Assembly (NCBI GenBank): GCA_002269645.1
Contig: NIVC01004296.1
Span: forward strand, 1-51,410
Length of the DNA: 51,410 bases
From: Macrostomum lignano
Lineage: Eukaryota
Direction of reading: 5' to 3'
A model generated the notes under the pieces. It did not search any database. It was given only the letters and a program-made list of their open reading frames with translations, and was not told where the DNA came from. Shown one piece after another: positions 24,401 through 33,400 of the stretch. A program made the translations under genes and the position numbers. How positions within the stretch are numbered: position 1 is the stretch's first letter; the number at the start of each line of letters is the position of its first letter.

Positions 24401-27400
24401 AGAAGATGAATCCTTGATAGAGACTGCCTCTTCCATTGAGCAGCTCCCAGAAGCTGTTTGTCCAAAATGATTTGATGGCGCTGTCCATTGAAACAAGGAC
24501 GGGAAATCTTCCTGTCCCGGTTCCTTTGTCCTTTCTTGTGAACAGCTGGTGAATCATCTTGCGTTGGGTGATGAACGCTTGCAAGAAGTCGTTGATCGTC
24601 CATCCTGGTGTTATCTCGTCAAGTTGGATATCGGCGAATGGCGTATACTTCGTTCTGTTGAATCGTATCTTCAGATCGTCCATATCGTACGTTTCATCGA
24701 CAATCACCTCTGGTTCTGTGATGTTCGCTGTCGTTCCTGTCGTTTTAATGACATGTAGTGCATCGTCCAGTTGATAGTAGTTTGCTGCAGTGGTGCAAGG
24801 TCTTGGTATTGCGGTGCCAACGATGATGTTGTGTACCGTGTCCAAGAATCCTTGTATTCTTTTGCCTTCGTAGAATGCTTCAATTCTCGGCTTGTCGTAG
24901 CAAGTTGTTGACGTGTTTGACGGCAAGATGTTGAAGTGCTGTATCGGCGTGCACTTGTATATCAACAGATGCTCGTATATTGGAACTGCCAAAACGTTCG
25001 TCATTCCGGTGATTTTACGAAAAGTCATCGTAGGGTTGACATAGTAGTTTTGTCTGGCATAATTTAAGTTGATTGCGTGCATTTTGCAAGTTAGCTGTAC
25101 CAGTGTTCGATGCAAGTGGTTTAACTGGTTGTGTAGATTGTGATCCAAAGCCGTTATCTTTGCTGACAGTAGTCGGTTTGACACCAGTTTGGGACGTTCG
25201 ATGTCACGTCGTCGTCTGTTCTGTTGTTCCTGCTGTTGATACGTTCCGTTGATGATCGCCAGAAAGGTTTGTTTGTCGTCATCTTTTACGTAGACTGGTA
25301 TCTCTTGTTCCGAGATGAATAGTGTCTTGTCTGTATCCTTGCATTTCAGTTTTTGCTCGACTGGTTTCTTTTGAAACGTCAGTGCCAAGTCTCCTGACTT
25401 TGCCAAAAACGTATTTGACAGTAGACCTCCTTCAACTGTGTGATACTTTTGAAGCTTGCAATCAATTTCCGGCTCAACTTCCCACGCGAAGAAGTATTGT
25501 CGTGACTTAGATGGTTCTTCATATCGTGAGTCGCCTCTGCGTATGATTTGCCATCGATAGTCTTGATGATATGTTGGACTCAACGGTAAGCTGTATAGTT
25601 CCTCATTCCGCAGTATCGGCGTTGGACACCATCCTTTGCTGTATCGGCAGTCGCTTAATTGCAGTTGTAGCGACTCCATTTTTTCAAAAGGATTGTGGTA
25701 GAATGGAATATTCCTGATTAGGTAACTGTTTCGTGTCATGTAGTTAGTCCATGCTTCCGAAAAGTGTACATATCGTCCGTTTGCTGAGTTCTTCGTTCGG
25801 TAAAGTTGTGCCTCCCCCACTTTCTCATCCGGTTCTAGCTGACCATCCTTTGAGAACAGTGTTTGGTTCCATTGTAGACATTCAGCGTGCGACACATGTA
25901 GTTCATGTTGTTTAAATCGGATCCGGTTCCATTGTCCGCGCCAAACTTTCTCCACCAGGTGCTTGTCTCTGAAGCACACTATTCCGTGTTGTCGATGCTT
26001 CTTGATGTTAGCCTTGTAGAGATCGAGTGTAATCTTTTTTGGTTTCGTCTGGTTTGTCTTGAAGTAGCTGCATTTGATGTCGGTTGGTATCTTGTAGATC
26101 ATCGGTTGGATATGCGCATCCGTTGGACAAATCATTGGCTTTTCCGTTGCCGTTGCTTTGGCGACTACTGCTATCAGTAGTATCACGATGATCCAGAGCA
26201 GCCAGTTTTTCCACTTCTTGGACCTTGCCTTTGTCTTTGCTGGCATTGGCTGCGATTGCCATTCGTTATCCTCCATGTCCGCATCGTATTCTTTCGGTTG
26301 TTCCATTGGCTGATTCAGGCGGAAGGCTTCTGATTTGCTTTGCTCTTTGGTTATTTCAGTATCTTCGTCTGCGGCTTCCTCCGATGTTTCCGTTGTTTCA
26401 CTCCATTGCGTTTGGTATCTTTTCTCTGTCTTGTAGTCGACCGTTTGAATATAGGCTTCACCATTTCGTTTGTATCGGATCTCGTAGCATTCGTCGCTGT
26501 CGGAACTCGGCTTTTCTTTCATCTGTTCTTTTTCCATTTCTTCATCTTTCCATTGTATTTCGTAGCCTTGATCGCTGTCGGAACTTAGATTTTCCGCTCT
26601 CAGTTCTTCCTGCATTCCTTCTTCGGCTCGGTATCCGTTCGTGTCATCATGCACTTCGCAGTCGTGATCGTTGCCGTAACTTATACATTCTTCTTCTTCC
26701 TTCATTTCTTTGTCTTTCGTGCTCGTTTTGTCGTCATCCACTGTTGTCGATTCATAGTTGTTCTCTTCGTCGGTCTTCCTCTTTTCTTCGTTGCCGGTGT
26801 CGCTCTCCGCCTCCTCCCTTTTTTTGTGATTTACTTTCTTCCTGTTTTCTCTGCTGTCTCCGGTGGTCTCTTTTAATTTGATCATTTCGGTTTCATTCGC
26901 CTCTTCTGTCTTGTCAGTGTTGTCCTCGTGCGTTGTCTTCTTTTCGATCAAGCTGATGTCAAGTTCCGGGACTGTGAAGTCCATTTCCAAGTCGTCAATT
27001 GTGAACACTTGCTGTTCCTGCTGCTCATTTTCCGGTGTGTACGTGATGGCATTCGCGTATCGTGGCATTGCTTGCGTCGGCTGTCTTTGTGTGTACCTGG
27101 CGTTGCGTGGCCTGTAGCCATTATTTCTGAAGCGGCCTTCGTTTCCGAAGCGGCCATCATTTCCGGAGCGGTCATTATTTCCGAAGCGTCTATCATTTCC
27201 GAAGCGTCTTATGCTTTGTTGTTGGCGATTTTGATATTGCTGCCATGATTTCTGCGGCTTCTGATTGTTGAAAATCTGTCGCGGCTTGTCGTATCTTGTT
27301 GACCAATGAGGACAATTAATCTGATAATGTCCTTCTTGTCCGCAGTAGTAACATCTGGCTGAGGCTTGTTCATTTCGTCTTTTTTGTTCGGCGATAGCAG

Positions 27401-30400
27401 CTGTCTGGTGCTGCATTAACTTGTTTAATTGCTGCGTCAGTTTCTGCACTTCATTGTTGCCTGTCGTCATTAATGGGGCACTGGCTTCCCATTGCATTCC
27501 GCACCGCAAAAGGTCTTCTTCGGTTTCGATATTTTCACGCAAAAGTCTATCCCGAAGTGACGGCTGTGCGTTGTTTATTACGTGCAGGATGAGGTTTTGT
27601 TCACGATCCATCAATCGTTGTCTTTCTCTGGCGGCCAATTCTGCCGCTCCCAGTGGCGGTTGGTCCGCAGCTTGCAGCGGTGGCTGATGCAGTGCCTTAA
27701 TTATCTGGCGGATATCGTCCACAAAGGCGAGGAAGGATTCTGTTGCTTGCATCCTTCTGTTATGTAACTTGTGCAGCAGCACTGATCTGTTTGTGCCGCA
27801 ACGGTTGAAATGCGCGCGCAGTTGAATGATTAGTGCTGGATAATTTTGCTGTGTTGCCGCATCCAGCTTGCCGTAAATTTCTCGCGCAGTACCTTGGAGA
27901 AGAGGTGGCAGCAGCTGTGCCTTCTCTGGATTTTGTAGGTTGTATTCCCTACATACCAGGTCAAAATGGTCGACAAATGTGTTAAAATCTTTCTCCATCG
28001 AGAAGGTACCGACCGTTTCTTTGATGTCTCTGTGTACCGTTGGATTGCGCCGCGCCATGTTGTTGATAGGATAGAACGGTAGTTCAAGATCTGGATCGAT
28101 TTGTAACGGATCGTCCAGTGTGGTGTTTGCCTCGGAATAAACCTCGACTGTAACGAATTGCCTTGTGGTGTCGATTTGTTATTCGCTGGCCTCGAATGCG
28201 GTGTGGCTTGCTGCCACTGGTTGTCCTCAAATGAACTTGTTCTGTTCGCTTGCTGATTTCGCACTTATGCGGCGTCCCGCAAAGTGTATCTTCAAGTTGA
28301 AGTGGACTTTGTCTTCTTGCTTTGCAAAGGCTTTTTTCTCTTCTTTGACTTTCCTTCTTTTGTCAATTAACTCCGCTCTCTACGAAGTTTCAATTAATTT
28401 CGGTTTTGTTTTAGTTTTTGTGCCGGCAAAATGTTTCAGTTATTTTTTGTTTGTTTTGCGTCGACGATTCTTTTATTTTCGGTTTGTTTTCAGTGTACCG
28501 ACGAAGTTAATTTCGGTTTTATTTTAACTCACACTTGCTCGAGCTCGTTAAAACAAAAATTAACACGCGTGCTCAAACTGTACTCAAAATTGACAGGTGC
28601 TCAAACCTGTACACCAAAATTTACTCGAGTTTCAAAACGTACGGACTTGAAAAGTGTTAACTCTAACACGTGCGCGCAAAATTAATGAAGTCGCTCTTTC
28701 GTCACTGTACAATAGCTTGGCCAGGCTATTGCTCAAAGTTTGAGTAGTGCCGAGAGGGCGAGATCACCAATTGATGTGTTCCTTATTACCCGACTTTCGA
28801 TAATCAAGGAACAATCACTTCTAGCTCAGCAGCTAGGCAACCCAGTAAGTCAACAGAAGGTATTCAATTACCTTGAGTCCTTTGGAGATCTCTCGGAGTA
28901 GTTCTCGATTGTTTTCAGTTGCTCTCGTATAGTCACTTCTGACTTTCGTTTGTAGATCAGGTCCGATTCTTCTTTCTTCTTCAAATAGTTCCGGCCGGAT
29001 TCTGTCGCTCGGACCAATGGGAAGCTTCCGAATTAACAATGGGATCCCTGCGCCAAACTGCGGTCTAAATTAAGCCTCCTTCTTCTAGCAGTGCCTCTAT
29101 GCACTCTAGGTATAGCTCCGGAAACCACTGATAGTCCTCTAAGATCTATCAGGGGCAGTCCTTCTGGAGACTGCAACCAATGGAGTCTAAACAGACTCAA
29201 GAGTCTCAACAGACTCAAATAGACTCAAGTCTCAATAGACTTGAGCGAGACGTCTCTAACACAACGGCGCAAATAAGGAAGGCTTACCGCAACAACTCGA
29301 CCGAGTCTCGATTGACTTGGTATATCAGGAAGTCCTCCTAAGGCTTCCTCTTCGGAGCGCTCCTCTTCCGTGGGGAGAATGGCTCCGGTACCGCTTCAGA
29401 TCGCTTGTATTTATAGGCAAGTTTTTGATCCAAAATAGCATCATTACAATTCTCGTGTTGCGCTAAAAGGGGAAAATGGCTCATGGCGTATTATTCTGGT
29501 AACATCTTTTTCTGTTAGCTTGATTCATTCATAGCTTAGGCGCACATGCGTGTACTTACTTACTTATAGTAGCATTATACGATTATCTTCTTTTTTCTGT
29601 TTTTGCGGGAGGCAGAACACTCTACACCGGGAGTGAGGTGGGTGCCGGGAGTGGGCTGGCATGGGTGCCGGGAGTGAGCTGGGTGTTGCGGGAATGAGGT
29701 GAGTGTTGCGGGAGTGAGGTGGGTGCCGGGAGTGAGGTGGGTGCCGGGAGTGAGGTGGGTGCCGGGAGTGGGGTGGGTGCCGGGAGTGAGGTGGGTGCCG
29801 GGAGTGAGGTGGGTGCCGGGAGTGGGGTGGGTGCCGGGAGTGAGGTGGGTGCCGGGAGTGGGGTGGGTGCCGGGAGTGGGGTGGGTGCCGGGAGTGAGGT
29901 GGGTGCCGGGAGTGGGGTGGGTGCCGGGAGTGAGGTGGGTGCAGGGAGTGAGGTGGGTGCCGGGAGTGAGGAGGATGTGGAAGTGAGGTGGGGTGTGGAA
30001 GTGAGGTGGGTGTGGAAGTAAGGTGGGTGCCGGGAGTGAGGTGGGTGCCGGGAGTGAGGTGGGTGCCGGGAGTGAGGTGGGTGCCGGGAGTGAGGTGGGT
30101 GCCGGGAGTGGGGTGGGTGCCAGGAGTGAGGTGGGTGCCGGGAGTGAGGTGGGTGCCGGGAGTGGGGTGGGTGCCGGGAGTGAGGTGGGTGCCAGGAGTG
30201 AGGTGGGTGCCGGGAGTGAGGTGGTTGCCGGGAGTGAGGAGGATGTGGAAGTGAGGTAGGGTGTGGAAGTGAGGTGGGTGTGGAAGTGAGGTGGGTGTGG
30301 AAGTGAGGTGGGTGTGGAAGTGAGGTGGGTGTGGAAGTGAGGTGGGTGTGGAAGTGAGGTGGGTGTGGAAGTGAGGTGGGTGTGGAAGTGAGGTGGGTGC

Positions 30401-33400
30401 CGGGAGTGAGGTGGGTGCCGGGAGTGAGGTTTGTTCCGACAAAAGTTGACCTCAGTAAAAATTTCGAACAATCCGCAGACTTGGCGGCAGAGCCCAGACG
30501 CCACTGAGTTATCATTCGTCGCCAATGTCGCAGCAATTCATGCCGTCGCCAATGCAGCCGCAGCTGCTGCCGCCTCCGCCGCCATTGCCGCAGCAGACCC
30601 TGCCTTTGCAGAAGCAGCAGCAGCAGCAGCAGCCAATGTCGCTGCTGGCTCGACCAGGTGCTGGACCGCCGCCTCATCAATTTCAGTATCAGCAGCAGCA
30701 GCCACCACAACAACAGCAGCAGCAGCAGCCGCTGGCAGACCAACACCTGCACAGACTGTTCGAAGAGATTTACGCGCTCCGCGGCGAAGCAGAGACGGTG
30801 CAGTTCAAGTACCGTCAGGAGCGCGACGCCTGGGCCTACGAGAATGCCGTGCTGCAGGCGAGACTGGCGGACCTGGCTCAGCGGGCGGAGCGGCAGGCGG
30901 GAGTCGAGGCGGCCTACAGTGAGGAGCTTGAGACTCTGCGAGCGGAGAACCGGGACCTGCGAATCCAGATGCAGGAGGAGCGGCTGGCCAGGGAGCTGGA
31001 AGCTGGCGATGATGCTGCGGCGAAAAGCGGAACTGCAGCTGCCGCTGGCGATCAGGCAACTCAACAGCAGGTGGATCAGCTGGTGAATGAGCTGGCAGCT
31101 TTGAAGGTAAAAAACTGCTGCTGACTTGGCTGCGGGTGGTGCTCGAGTGGGTTGGGTGATGCTGGAGTGAGGGGGTGTTGCCGGAGTGAGGTGGGTGTTG
31201 CCGGAGTGAGGTGGGTGTTGCCGGAGTGAGGTGGGTGTTGCCGGAGTGAGGTGGGTGTTGCCGGAGTGAGGTGGGTGTTGCCGGAGTGAGGTGGGTGTTG
31301 CCGGAGTGAGGTGGGTGTTGCCGGAGTGAGGTGGGTGTTGCCGGAGTGAGGTGGGTGTTGCCGGAGTGAGGTGGGTGTTGCCGGAGTGAGGTGGGTGTTG
31401 CCGGAGTGAGGTGGGTGTTGCCGGAGTGAGGTTTTTGACACATGTTTCATCGCAGCTAATGAAATCAATGTCATCATCCCAGCGTGATCTGGAGCGGCTG
31501 CAACACCGCTACCGCACCGAGCGCGACCGTTGGTCGGCCCGACGCCGCGAGCTGGAGAAGGCCATCGACGATCTCATTGCTGGCAAAGATCCGAAAGCGG
31601 TGCAGAAGCGATTGAAAGCGGCGGAAGCGGCCGAGCCGAAAGCTGAGGAGCTGCACCGAAGCGGCTTCGATCCGGTGGCCGACGATGATGACTTGGCCAC
31701 GGCCACCATGGCCTACTATTCCAGCGCCAACACCGTCAAAAAGGAGAAGGCCGTGCTGGAACTCGAGTTAGAAGACGAGAAAAGAAAGAATCGAGTACTA
31801 GAAATTGAGGCGAGTGAGCTCTAATGATGTACCGCGGAGCAAATCATGGACGCACTCATTAAGTCATAAACTCATGAACTCACTCATGAACTCCCTCATG
31901 AACTATTAACTCATGAACTCACTCATGAACTCATTTATGACTTCACTCATAACCTCACTCATAAACTCACTCATAAACTCACTCATGAACTCACTAATGA
32001 ACTCACTCATGAACTCACTCATAAATTTACTTATAAACTCACTCATTAACTCACTCATAAACTCACTCATAAATTTACTTATAAACTCACTCATTAACTC
32101 ACTCATAAACTCACTCATGAACTCACTAATGAACTCACTCATGAACTCACTCATGAACTCAATCATGAACTCGCTCATGAACTCACTGATGAATTTACTT
32201 ATAAACTCACTCATGAACTCACTCATGAACTCACTCATAAACTCAATCATGAACTCGCTCATTACTTCACTCATAACCTCACTCATGAACTCACTCATAA
32301 ACTCACTCATAAATTTACTTATAAACTCACTCATGAACTCACTCATGAACTCACTCATGAACTCAATCATGAACTCGCTCATGAACTCACTGATGAATTT
32401 ACTTATAAACTCACTCATGAACTCACTCATAAACTCACTCATGAACTCACTCATGACCTCACCCTCTACCAAGGTGGAGGTACTTCGGGACCAGGTGATG
32501 CGAGCAAACAAAAAAGCTCGCGGCGAAGCTGCCGATGACGGCGAAGCCGAAGGAGCCGCTGGTAGCCGGGATGCCGATTTACCGTTGGAGAAGGGCTCCG
32601 TTGAGGCGTCCGAGAAGCGTCGGGACTCGCGAAGACCTTCTGAGACACCGGTTGGGTCACTAGTTGATTATTGTGTCTGGTTTTCCAGATCCCATCCATC
32701 CGATCCCCAAATCCCATTCACCCGATTCCCAAATAAAAGATTCACAAAATCCGAAACTCCAAATCTCGATCCCAAATCTCAAGTACAAAATCACAGATCC
32801 CAAATAAAAAATCTTAAACCCTAAATACCGAATCCTAAATTCTACACTCCAAACCCCAGATTCCTAATCCCAAATCCCAAATCCCAAATCTCATATTCCA
32901 AATCTCATATTCCAAATCCCAGATCCCAGATCTCAAGCCCAAAATCCCAAATCGAAAATCCCAGATCCTAGATCCCAAGCCCTAAATCCCAAATCCCGAA
33001 TCGAAAATCCCAGATCCCAGATCCTAAGCCCTAAATCCCAAATCCCAAATCGAAAATCCCAGATCCCAGATCCCAGATCCCAAATCCCAAATCGAAAATC
33101 CCAGATCCCAGATCCCAGATCCCAGATCCCAAGCCCTAAATCCCAAATCCCAAATCTAAAATCCCAGATCCTAAACCCCAAATCCCAAATCCCAGATCTC
33201 GAATCCCAAATCCAAATCCCAACCTGATTTCAGCGCAAACACGAGCGCCAGGACCCTTACTCAAGCACCCCGGACGAGCAGCAGCAAGAGGATCAGCCGA
33301 AGCAAAAGCAGAAGCAGGCAGCTGTGCAACAGAAGCTGAATGAAGCGCACGAAGAGCTCAAGGCGGCCGCTGAGGAGCGGGATCAGGCTCGAGCCGAAGG

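Larger units (their letters stand above)
19025..29626 (-). mobile_element. Full-length Ty3/Gypsy (Metaviridae) LTR retrotransposon / endogenous virus with env-like gene, 10,602 bp
   Basis: Two 855-bp LTRs (TG...CA), PBS, PPT, CCGG on both sides, PR-RT-RH-IN order with GPY motif. Confidence 0.97.

Noticed and set aside
21105-27767. Plus-strand and alternate-frame ORFs overlapping the polyprotein
   Set aside because: Typical antisense shadows of a long ORF; many begin at non-ATG starts and show no motifs.
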